Assembly (NCBI GenBank): GCA_964546125.1
Contig: CAZJIS010000002.1
Location: 13,484-58,028 of the forward strand
Source of the DNA: an uncultured Clostridium sp.
GTDB lineage: Bacteria > Bacillota > Clostridia > Christensenellales > CAG-138
Length of the DNA: 44,545 nt
Direction: 5' to 3'
Shown: positions 1-7,727 of the stretch, one piece after another
How positions within the stretch are numbered: the stretch's first letter is position 1
How the letters are laid out: every line of letters begins with the position of its first letter
Position numbers and translations under genes: made by a program
Notes under the pieces: generated by a model
The model's input: only the letters and a program-made list of their open reading frames with translations
What the model was told of the DNA's origin: nothing
Database searches by the model: none

Positions 1-102
1 AGCATTCAAAAAAACCTTGGGGAATACGGCGCGCGCCTTTTGCAGGTGATGGACGACGCCGCAAAACAAAATGAAAACATTAAAATAGAAAAGGTTTTAT
101 AG
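1..102 (+). CDS. possible 3' end of an upstream gene (partial; start outside window)
   Basis: Frame 1 is open from base 1 to TAG at 100-102 (..GEYGARLLQVMDDAAKQNENIKIEKVL*). Only 33 codons are visible and no family is recognised. Confidence 0.2.
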   Translation, partial: SIQKNLGEYGARLLQVMDDAAKQNENIKIEKVL

Positions 103-115
103 GGAGAGGAAGACG

Positions 116-1597
116 ATGCTCACACAAGGCAGGCTTCTCATAGGCATGGGGGATGCCCCGGTATTTTTGCAGCCCTCAATGGCAAACCGGCACGGCCTGA
201 TCGCGGGCGCTACCGGAACAGGCAAGACGACGACGCTCAAGGTCATGGCCGAATCGTTCTCCGATCTTGGCGTGCCGGTGTTTCTTGCGGATATCAAGGG
301 CGATCTTGCGAGCCTTTGCAAGCGCGGCGAGGAGAATGAACGCGTTGAAAAACGCGTCGCTTCGATGGGCCTCGAAGGCTTTAACTACCGCTCCTATCCC
401 GTGCGCTTCTGGGATGTTTACGGGAAGATGGGGCATCCGGTGCGCACGACAATCAGCGAAATGGGCCCCGTTCTGCTCTCGCGCCTGCTGGGGCTAACGG
501 GCGTGCAGGAGGGTGTGCTGACGATCGTTTTCCGCATCGCCGACGACAAGGGCCTGCTGCTTCTCGACCTGAAGGACCTTCGCGCGCTGGTTCAATATGT
601 GGGCGAGAACAACGGCGAATTCACGACGAGTTACGGCAACGTATCCAAACAGTCCATCGGGGCAATCCTGCGCGCGCTGCTGGCGCTGGAGGATGCGGGC
701 GGAAACGCATTTTTCGGCGAACCCGCCCTCGATATCAAGGACTGGATACAATGCTCGGAGGATGGGCGGGGGTATATCAACATCCTTCATTGCGAAAAGC
801 TCTTTCAGCAGCCGCTCTTGTATTCGACCTTCCTTTTGTGGATGCTTTCGGAACTTTTCGAGAGCATGCCCGAAGTGGGCGATGTGGCCAAACCCAAAAT
901 CGTCTTTTTCTTCGACGAGGCGCATCTTGTTTTTGCCGATGCACCCAAGGCGCTCGTGCAAAAGGTCGAGCAGATCGTGAAGCTCATACGCTCCAAAGGC
1001 ATTGGCGTTTATTTCATTACGCAAAGCCCATCGGATCTTCCGGGCAGCGTCCTTTCGCAGCTGGGCAATAAAATACAGCACGCCTTGCGCGCCTATACGC
1101 CCGCGGAACAGAAAGCGATCCACGCGGCCGCGCAATCGTTCAGGGTGAACCCTGCCTTTAAAACAGAGGATGTCATCACCGAACTTGGCACGGGCGAAGC
1201 GCTCATCTCCTTCCTCGATGAGGCGGGGCGGCCGAGCATCGTTGAACAGGCAAAGATTCTGCCGCCGATGAGCTACATGGGCACCATCGACGACGAGCGC
1301 AGGGCAACCGAGATCAGCGCAAGCAGTATTTACGGCAAATACGATAAGCCAGTCGACCGCGAGTCCGCCTACGAGCTTTTGAGCGCGCAGGCAAAACAGC
1401 AGGCGGAAAAAGAAGAAAAACAGAAACAGGCCGAGGCAAAACAGCTAGAGAAAACGGCCAAACCGAAAGCGAAGCAGGCTCCAAGCAAAAAGGGCCGGAG
1501 CGCAATCGGCAAGGCCGCCTCGAGCACCATGAACACCATCGGGCGGGAACTGGGCAAAAGCCTGGTGCGCGGCCTGATGGGAATGCTTAAAAAATAG
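116..1597 (+). CDS. HerA-like / DUF853 family P-loop ATPase (YjgR-like)
   Basis: SD AGGGAGAGGAAG precedes the ATG. Walker A is GATGTGKTT and Walker B-like is IVFFFDEAH. It has a Lys/Ala/Glu-rich C-terminal tail typical of DUF853 proteins. Confidence 0.85.
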   Translation: MLTQGRLLIGMGDAPVFLQPSMANRHGLIAGATGTGKTTTLKVMAESFSDLGVPVFLADIKGDLASLCKRGEENERVEKRVASMGLEGFNYRSYPVRFWDVYGKMGHPVRTTISEMGPVLLSRLLGLTGVQEGVLTIVFRIADDKGLLLLDLKDLRALVQYVGENNGEFTTSYGNVSKQSIGAILRALLALEDAGGNAFFGEPALDIKDWIQCSEDGRGYINILHCEKLFQQPLLYSTFLLWMLSELFESMPEVGDVAKPKIVFFFDEAHLVFADAPKALVQKVEQIVKLIRSKGIGVYFITQSPSDLPGSVLSQLGNKIQHALRAYTPAEQKAIHAAAQSFRVNPAFKTEDVITELGTGEALISFLDEAGRPSIVEQAKILPPMSYMGTIDDERRATEISASSIYGKYDKPVDRESAYELLSAQAKQQAEKEEKQKQAEAKQLEKTAKPKAKQAPSKKGRSAIGKAASSTMNTIGRELGKSLVRGLMGMLKK

Positions 1598-1601
1598 GCA
1601 A

Positions 1602-3386
1602 TCAGTTATCAATCGCGTAATTCTCCGCCTGTGACATAAACAAGCGGTAATACAATCCGTCGGTCTTTTGCATAAGCTCGGCGTGCGGCGCATAGTCGGC
1701 CACGCGCCCGCCGTCGATGACGAGGATGCGCTCGCAGAAGATGGAGCTTGACATGCGGTGCGAAATATAAAGCGCCGTGCCCTCGCCCACGAGCGAGTTG
1801 AAATGTTCATAAATCTCGGCCTCCGCGATGGGGTCAAGGGCGCTCGTAGGCTCGTCGAGGATGACGAGCTTCGCGTTTTTATAAAGCGCGCGGGCAATGG
1901 CGATTTTCTGTTTTTCGCCGCCCGAAAGATCGATCCCTTTTTCATCGTAAGCTTTGCCGAGCATCGAATAGATGCCGTCGGAAAGCTCGGCCATCTTCTC
2001 CGCAAGCCCCGCTTTTTTGAGCGCAATGCCCGTGCCAAGAAGGTCGCGCCCCGCGTCCGCGCAAGTGATGTTCTCGTCAATCGTGAAGGCAAAGAGCCGG
2101 TAATCTTGAAACACCGCCGCCACAACGCGCATCCACGAGGCATGGTCATATTCCCAAAGGTCGCGCTCGTTGATGAAGATTTTGCCCGAATCGGGCCGGT
2201 ACATGCGGCAGATCAGCTTCACGAGCGTCGTTTTGCCCGCGCCGTTGAGCCCCACGATCGAAACCTTCTCCCCGCCGCGCACGTCAAAGCTCACATGGGA
2301 GAGCACCGGCTTCTCCGTGCCGGGGTAGGTGAAGGTAACATCCTCAAAGCGGATCTCCCCGATTTTGCTTTCAAAGGGAACGCCGCCCGCGTCTTCTTCC
2401 TCGGGCAGGAGCATGAACTGCATGTAGGGGTCGAGGTAGGCAAGGGCGCGCCACATATCGATGAGCGCTTGGGAAAGCTCTGTGACGGTCGAGGTGAAGC
2501 TCGTGGCCGCCGCGACATACATCGTGAATGATCCGAGCGTGACCGGGCCGGAAGCGCCCGGCACGAGCACCCTGTAGCCCACAAAGCCGTAGGCGATGGC
2601 CGCCTGCAGGCTGCTCACGCTTTCCATCAGCGCGGAGAAAACGCCCATGCGCCGCATGAACGGCGCGGAGCGCTCGTAGATCTGCACGTTATAATCGCTC
2701 ACGCGGCGCGTGAGCATCTCCTCCATGCCATAGAGGCGCACATCCTTTTGAATTTCCCCGTTGGCGCAGAGCAAAACGTAATAACCGTACTGCCGGTTGA
2801 TGGGGATGAGGTTCATTTGAAAATCGCGCTGGTCTTTTTGCACCGTGCCGTAAAAGAACACGCTAAGGCCTACGCACGCGATGAGAAGCGCGAGCAGCAA
2901 GGGACTCAGCGTTCCCATCAAAGCGACGAGGCCCGCGACGATGAGGATGTCCTTTGTGACCGTGGCGAGGATGTTGACCATATCCTCAAGCACGCCGAAC
3001 ACGGAGATTGCGAACACCGCGCGCTCCTTTAGGTCGAGCTTTTGCGGGTCTTCGAGGCAGGCATAGGGGACGCGCATGATCTTTTCGCCCATGCGCTCGC
3101 GCAGCATTTCGGAAACGTAGCTCTTTTTATAATCGAGGAAGCGCTTGAGCGTGTTGGAAAGCAGCGAAAAAAGGACGTTCGCGCCGACGAGCGCCGCCGT
3201 CCAGAAAAAAAGGCGCTCCGGGCTTTGCGCGCCTGTGAGTTCATCGATGAGGAACTTGGGCAGCACGACGTTTGCCATCAATTGTGCGCCGCTTAGCAGC
3301 GAAGAGGCGAGCAAAAGCCCGATGTAGGCAGGAGAAACATCCCACGCGAGCTTTAAAAACAGCGAGAGCTTCTTCGCGTTCTTCAT
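1602..3386 (-). CDS. ABC exporter, fused permease/ATP-binding subunit (type I exporter half-transporter)
   Basis: N-terminal 6-TM region. Walker A GLNGAGKTT, signature LSGGEKQKIAIARAL, Walker B LVILDEPTSALD. Its ATG overlaps the stop of the upstream partner (ATGA at 3383-3386). Confidence 0.9.
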   Translation of the reverse strand: MKNAKKLSLFLKLAWDVSPAYIGLLLASSLLSGAQLMANVVLPKFLIDELTGAQSPERLFFWTAALVGANVLFSLLSNTLKRFLDYKKSYVSEMLRERMGEKIMRVPYACLEDPQKLDLKERAVFAISVFGVLEDMVNILATVTKDILIVAGLVALMGTLSPLLLALLIACVGLSVFFYGTVQKDQRDFQMNLIPINRQYGYYVLLCANGEIQKDVRLYGMEEMLTRRVSDYNVQIYERSAPFMRRMGVFSALMESVSSLQAAIAYGFVGYRVLVPGASGPVTLGSFTMYVAAATSFTSTVTELSQALIDMWRALAYLDPYMQFMLLPEEEDAGGVPFESKIGEIRFEDVTFTYPGTEKPVLSHVSFDVRGGEKVSIVGLNGAGKTTLVKLICRMYRPDSGKIFINERDLWEYDHASWMRVVAAVFQDYRLFAFTIDENITCADAGRDLLGTGIALKKAGLAEKMAELSDGIYSMLGKAYDEKGIDLSGGEKQKIAIARALYKNAKLVILDEPTSALDPIAEAEIYEHFNSLVGEGTALYISHRMSSSIFCERILVIDGGRVADYAPHAELMQKTDGLYYRLFMSQAENYAIDN

Positions 3387-5179
3387 GAAATTGCCCCCTC
3401 TGCGCCCTGCGTGTAATATTTGCCCTGCACGGTGAACATTTCATAATATTTGCCGCGCAGGGCCATCAGCTCCGCATGCGTGCCCAGCTCGGCGATGCGC
3501 GCGCCGTCGAGCAGCACGATGCGGTCGCAAAAGCGCGTGGAGGCGAGGCGGTGGGAGATGTAGAGCGCGGTCTTGCCGCGCGTGAGCTCCCCAAAGCGCT
3601 CGTAGATCTCCTGCTCGGCAAGCGCGTCGAGCGCGGCGGTGGGTTCGTCCATCACCACCATTTTGGCGTCTTTATAGAGCGCGCGGGCAATGGCAAGCTT
3701 TTGCGCCTCGCCGCCCGAGAAGATCGCGCCCTCCTCGTCGATCACCTTGAGCATCACCGTGTCGAGCCCATTGGGGAGGGAGGCGACTTTTTCCCAGAGG
3801 CCCGCTTTGCGCAGCGCCTCCTCGGCGCGGGCGCGGTCGCCCTCATCGGTCGCAGCCACGTTTTCAAGTACCGTGTAGGCGAGCACGTTGACCTCCTGGA
3901 ATACGGCCGAAAACATCGAAAACAGCGCCTTTTTTGAAAACTCGCCGATGGGTATGCCGTTGATGAAAATTTCGCCTTCGGTCGGGCGGAAAAGGCCCGT
4001 CATCAATTTGACGAGCGTCGATTTCCCCGCGCCGTTCACCCCGACGAGCGCAAGGCGCTCGCCCTCGCGGATGGTGAGGCTCAGGTTTTCAAACACGTTC
4101 TTCTCGCCGCGCGGGTAGCGGAACGAAACATCGCGGAATTCGACCGTGAGGGTTTCGTTTTCGACCGGGCCGCGCGTGCCCTGCGCGCCCGTGAAGTCCT
4201 CATCGAGAAACACGAACAGCTCGTGCACATAATCGGCCTCGTTGAGGATGGTCGTGACCTCTTTCGAAAGGCTTTTGAGCAATAAGGAAAGCGAGAGCGT
4301 CGCCGCGAGATACATGGAGAAATCGGCGATGCTCATGCCGTGAACGACGTCGCGCACGATCAGCCCGTAGGTCGCCGCGTCGCTTAAAAGCAGCGTTATA
4401 AGCGCAAAAAAGCTCCAGACGTATTCCTTTTTTGCGATGATGGACAGAATGTCGACATAGCCTTGGATTTCGCGTTTGCAGTTGGCGACGACGCGCGCGC
4501 GAAGATCATAAACGCGGATGTCCTTTCCGTAGGTAAAGTCGTGCGTCGTCTGGTGAAAGTAGTTCTTGCGCCGCTCGGCGTGCCCGAGTTCTTTTCGCAT
4601 GGAGAAGCGCAGCGCATGCGCCTTGCGGCCCACATAAAAAACGACCGCGATGTTGAGAAACACCGCCGCGAGAATCAGCGGGTTTTTGAGGCCGATGAAT
4701 AGGGCGAGCGCCGCGACGCTCAAAAGCTGCGCGGGCGCCTGAAACATGGAACGGTAAACCGCTTCCACGCCGTTTGAATTGCCGTTGGTGGAGTTGAACG
4801 CTTTTTCATATTGGTCGAAAAACTGATCGTCCTCGACGAGCGGGTAATCCATGCGCAAAATGGAGGTGAACTGATCCCGCACATAGTCGATGCGAAGCCG
4901 CGACAGGCGCATGTAGGAATTGCGGTTGGCAATGTTTTTGATAAAGTTCAAAACGATCGACACAAGCAGCACCGCGCCGACAATCACAAAAAGCGCCTGG
5001 GGCCGCGCGGGGCCGGTCAGCTCGCCGATAACGAGCTTTGGCAGGGCCACCCCCGGCAGGGGCGTGAGCGCCGCGGCGAGCGTGTAGAAGGCGAAAACGC
5101 AAAAGAGGCCCCGGTCGTTGACCGCGGCATTCGTCAAAAGGCGCTTAAGGGTCTTGCGCAGCGGGTAGGAGTGCTTCAT
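3383..5179 (-). CDS. ABC exporter, fused permease/ATP-binding subunit (partner of 1602-3386)
   Basis: Walker A GVNGAGKST, signature FSGGEAQKLAIARAL, Walker B MVVMDEPTAALD. Start chosen at MKHSYPLRK (ATG 5179); the 40 upstream ORF codons look non-coding and contain the promoter and the rpsT terminator. Confidence 0.85.
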   Translation of the reverse strand: MKHSYPLRKTLKRLLTNAAVNDRGLFCVFAFYTLAAALTPLPGVALPKLVIGELTGPARPQALFVIVGAVLLVSIVLNFIKNIANRNSYMRLSRLRIDYVRDQFTSILRMDYPLVEDDQFFDQYEKAFNSTNGNSNGVEAVYRSMFQAPAQLLSVAALALFIGLKNPLILAAVFLNIAVVFYVGRKAHALRFSMRKELGHAERRKNYFHQTTHDFTYGKDIRVYDLRARVVANCKREIQGYVDILSIIAKKEYVWSFFALITLLLSDAATYGLIVRDVVHGMSIADFSMYLAATLSLSLLLKSLSKEVTTILNEADYVHELFVFLDEDFTGAQGTRGPVENETLTVEFRDVSFRYPRGEKNVFENLSLTIREGERLALVGVNGAGKSTLVKLMTGLFRPTEGEIFINGIPIGEFSKKALFSMFSAVFQEVNVLAYTVLENVAATDEGDRARAEEALRKAGLWEKVASLPNGLDTVMLKVIDEEGAIFSGGEAQKLAIARALYKDAKMVVMDEPTAALDALAEQEIYERFGELTRGKTALYISHRLASTRFCDRIVLLDGARIAELGTHAELMALRGKYYEMFTVQGKYYTQGAEGAIS

Positions 5180-5186
5180 ATACGTT

Positions 5187-5215
5187 ATTTTATCACAGAT
5201 AAAGCATCCTGCAAA
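5187..5215 (-). promoter_or_regulatory. sigma-A type promoter for the ABC pair (TTTGCA-17-TAAAAT); -10 ends 7 nt before the ATG
   Basis: The minus strand reads TTTGCAggatgctttatctgtgaTAAAATaacgtatATG. No SD lies between the -10 and the ATG. Confidence 0.3.
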
Positions 5216-5275
5216 GCAACCGCGCTTGCCAAACGAAGGAAACTTTAGGTTGCGTATCTTCCCCAACGAAAATAA

Positions 5276-5293
5276 GCCGGCCCGAAGGCCGGC
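5276..5293 (-). terminator. rho-independent terminator of rpsT
   Basis: Minus-strand hairpin GCCGGCC-TTCG-GGCCGGC followed by TTATTTTCGTT, 19 nt after the rpsT stop. Confidence 0.6.
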
Positions 5294-5311
5294 ATGCATG
5301 CGCTGTGGGTT

Positions 5312-5578
5312 TTATTTTTCGGAGGCGGCGAGCTTTTTGGCCAGCTGCGCCTTTTTGCGGTTGGCGGCGTTCTTATGGATAACGCCCTTTGCCGCAGCCT
5401 TATCCACGGTGCTGACGGCCTGCGTGAAAGCGGACTGCACAGCTTCGGGATCGCCTGAAGCAAGGGTCGTGTCAAACTTCTTGACGATGGTCTTCGTGCG
5501 CGAAGCCATGGCGCGATTGCTCAGGTTCTTTTTGGCGGCGGTGCCCGCGCGCTTCAAAGCGGATTTATGGTTTGCCAA
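5312..5578 (-). CDS. rpsT: 30S ribosomal protein S20
   Basis: (M)ANHKSALKRAGTAAKKNLSNRAMASRTKT.. is a typical S20 N-terminus, 88 aa. The initiation codon is TTG (plus-strand caa at 5576-5578), preceded by GGGGG 9 nt upstream. Confidence 0.9.
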   Translation of the reverse strand: MANHKSALKRAGTAAKKNLSNRAMASRTKTIVKKFDTTLASGDPEAVQSAFTQAVSTVDKAAAKGVIHKNAANRKKAQLAKKLAASEK

Positions 5579-5614
5579 AACGGTTTTCCCCCTTTTTTTA
5601 TTCGAACGTTATGC

Positions 5615-5643
5615 ATTATATCACGGGCATTCGTGGATTGCAA
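5615..5643 (-). promoter_or_regulatory. sigma-A promoter of rpsT (TTGCAA-17-TATAAT with TG extension)
   Basis: The minus strand reads cTTGCAAtccacgaatgcccgTGaTATAATgcataacg. Confidence 0.5.
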
Positions 5644-5688
5644 GCGCCTTCTACTTGCTTCTCACAGCTTTTCCGCTTGTGTTTACCT

Positions 5689-5717
5689 GTATAGCGCAGG
5701 CGTTCCTGCGGATACTA
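5689..5717 (+). promoter_or_regulatory. candidate forespore (sigma-F/G type) promoter of gpr
   Basis: GTATA-16 nt-GGATACTA sits 34 nt upstream of the gpr ATG. It resembles the sigma-F/G consensus (G[TC]ATA .. GGnnAnAnTa / CATnnTA). The match is by eye only. Confidence 0.3.
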
Positions 5718-5750
5718 AAACGGACCGACAATCTAAAAAGGAGCTTGATT

Positions 5751-6674
5751 ATGAGCGGGCTGATACGCACAGACCTCGCGATGGAGGCGCGCGAGCTGCA
5801 CCCGGAACTCACGGGCGTCGAGGAGGAGACCATCTGCAAAAAAGGGATCGACATCTCCCGCATCACAGTCACCACCAAAGAAGCGGCGGAGGCTTTGGGC
5901 AAGCGTTGCGGGCGCTACGTCACGCTCGACGCGCCGGAACTGAGCGTTAAACCCGAGGGGCTTGCGGAGGCCGTGTCGTATGCGCTCGCGCAGGAGCTGA
6001 CCCTTCTTATGGAGGGACTGCCGGGGGACGCGCCGGTGCTCGTCGCAGGCCTTGGCAACCGCGCCGTCACGCCCGATTCCCTCGGCCCGCGCGTCGCCGA
6101 CGGCATTTATGTGACGCGCCACATCAAACAATATATGGCCGACGCCGTGCCCGCGAGCGTTCGCCCGGTGTGCGCGCTCGCCCCGGGCGTGATGGGCATC
6201 ACGGGCGTAGAAACAAAGGAGATCATCGAGGGCGTGGCCGAGCATGTGCGCCCGGCGCTTATCATCGCGGTCGACTCGCTTGCTTCGCGCCGCGCGGCGC
6301 GCATCAGCACGACCATCCAGCTCACGGACACGGGCATCAGCCCCGGCGCCGGCATCGGCAACATCCGCAGCGGCCTCAACGAAGAAACACTCGGCGTGCG
6401 CGTCATCGCCATCGGCGTGCCGTTGGTCGTTTACGCAAGCACGATCGCGCGGGATACGATCACCCTCATCGCCGGGGAAACGGGCCGCCAGGAGGAGGAC
6501 GGCGCTCTTCGCGAGCTTGCGGAACGCGTTATCCGCGAACACATGGGCGAGCTGATCGTCACCCCCAAGGAGATCGATATGCTCGTGCTCGACATGACCC
6601 GCATCGTGGCCGATGGGGTCAACCGCGCGCTTTTTGGCGCGGATTATGCGCAGGTGCACGCGCTCATCGCATAA
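5751..6674 (+). CDS. gpr: germination protease (GPR endopeptidase)
   Basis: MSGLIRTDLAMEARE.. is a typical GPR N-terminus. SD AAAAAGGAG sits 7 nt upstream; 307 aa. The ORF-track N-terminal extension (5226-5750) overlaps rpsT and its promoter and is rejected. Confidence 0.9.
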   Translation: MSGLIRTDLAMEARELHPELTGVEEETICKKGIDISRITVTTKEAAEALGKRCGRYVTLDAPELSVKPEGLAEAVSYALAQELTLLMEGLPGDAPVLVAGLGNRAVTPDSLGPRVADGIYVTRHIKQYMADAVPASVRPVCALAPGVMGITGVETKEIIEGVAEHVRPALIIAVDSLASRRAARISTTIQLTDTGISPGAGIGNIRSGLNEETLGVRVIAIGVPLVVYASTIARDTITLIAGETGRQEEDGALRELAERVIREHMGELIVTPKEIDMLVLDMTRIVADGVNRALFGADYAQVHALIA

Positions 6675-6698
6675 AGCTGTCCATGCCCTCATATAGAT
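6671..6698 (+). promoter_or_regulatory. candidate mother-cell (sigma-E type) promoter of spoIIP
   Basis: ATA-16 nt-CATATAgaT resembles sigma-E ATA-N16-18-CATACAnT. It lies in the 44-nt gpr-spoIIP gap. Confidence 0.25.
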
Positions 6699-6718
6699 GG
6701 GGACGGGAGGATGCACCT

Positions 6719-7687
6719 ATGCGAACGATCTCAAGCGCCGTGCGGCGCAAGAAAGCGCCCAAGCCCAAGGGGTTGGCCGCGGCCGCGCTCATGGGGCTTT
6801 GCGCCCTCATTCTGCTCGCGGCGGCGGCAACGAAGTTCATCGATTTTGCAAAGATCGGCGGCGGGCGCGATGCGGAAGCCACGCCTTTGCCTACACTGCG
6901 GCTCGAGCGGGCGGACATCGACGAAAACGTGGACATCGGCTTTTTAATGGAACTCATCGGCTCGGAAAAACCCAAAGCTCCCGTCATTGACCTCGCGGGC
7001 GGCGAGCCGCGCGTGCTCATCTACCACAGCCACACCAAAGAAGGCTATTACCCAAGCGATCGCTATAACTACGAGCCGAAAAAGGGCTGGCGCAACCCGG
7101 ATGACAGCATGAACGTCGTGGCCGTGGGCGAACGTCTTGCTCAAACGCTCCGGCAGGTTTACGGCATCAACGTCATCCACGACACGACCGACCATGAGCC
7201 GCCCGTGCTCGACACCGCCTATTCCCGCTCCCTCGAAACCATACTTGCATATAAAAAACAACATCCGAGCATCACGCTGTTTATCGATGTGCACCGCGAT
7301 TCTTACGGCGAGCCGGTCGTACCTTCCGATTATATCGTTATCAACGGCAAAGAGGTTGCGCGCATCATGTTCGTGGTGGGCACGGGCAAGGGCAAAACGG
7401 GCACGGGCTTTGGTGAAATGCCGGATTTCAACTCGAATTATGCGCTAGCCAAGAGCATGACGGAATATCTTGCCGCGGTCGATGAGAAGCTCGTGCGCAA
7501 CATCCGCGTCAAATCCGGGCGCTATAACCAGCATGTGTCGAACACATGCCTTCTTGCCGAAATCGGCCACAACGCCAACACGCTCGAACAGGCTCTCAAC
7601 GCCGTCGATTACCTCGCCGCCGCCATCGCCAAGGTCGCCAACCTCGGCGCGAAAGGCACGCCCGCCGTCTTGCCGCTGACCCCCTGA
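6719..7687 (+). CDS. spoIIP: stage II sporulation protein P
   Basis: N-terminal TM anchor, then LIYHSHTKEGY, FIDVHRDS and RYNQH motifs of the SpoIIP family. SD GGGACGGGAGG sits 8 nt before ATG 6719. Confidence 0.85.
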   Translation: MRTISSAVRRKKAPKPKGLAAAALMGLCALILLAAAATKFIDFAKIGGGRDAEATPLPTLRLERADIDENVDIGFLMELIGSEKPKAPVIDLAGGEPRVLIYHSHTKEGYYPSDRYNYEPKKGWRNPDDSMNVVAVGERLAQTLRQVYGINVIHDTTDHEPPVLDTAYSRSLETILAYKKQHPSITLFIDVHRDSYGEPVVPSDYIVINGKEVARIMFVVGTGKGKTGTGFGEMPDFNSNYALAKSMTEYLAAVDEKLVRNIRVKSGRYNQHVSNTCLLAEIGHNANTLEQALNAVDYLAAAIAKVANLGAKGTPAVLPLTP

Positions 7688-7727
7688 TGGTGTATCATCT
7701 AGGCAAACAACCGGCGGAGGTGCGGCG

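Noticed and set aside
5226-5750. Long N-terminal extensions in the ORF track for gpr (5226), spoIIP (6170), glmU-like (30201), the fusion gene (37025), tsaB, tsaE, queA, the ABC gene (5299) and HtrA (25080).
   Set aside because: The extensions overlap neighbouring genes, promoters or terminators. They lack homology and precede internal ATG/TTG codons that have proper SD spacing and family-typical N-termini.
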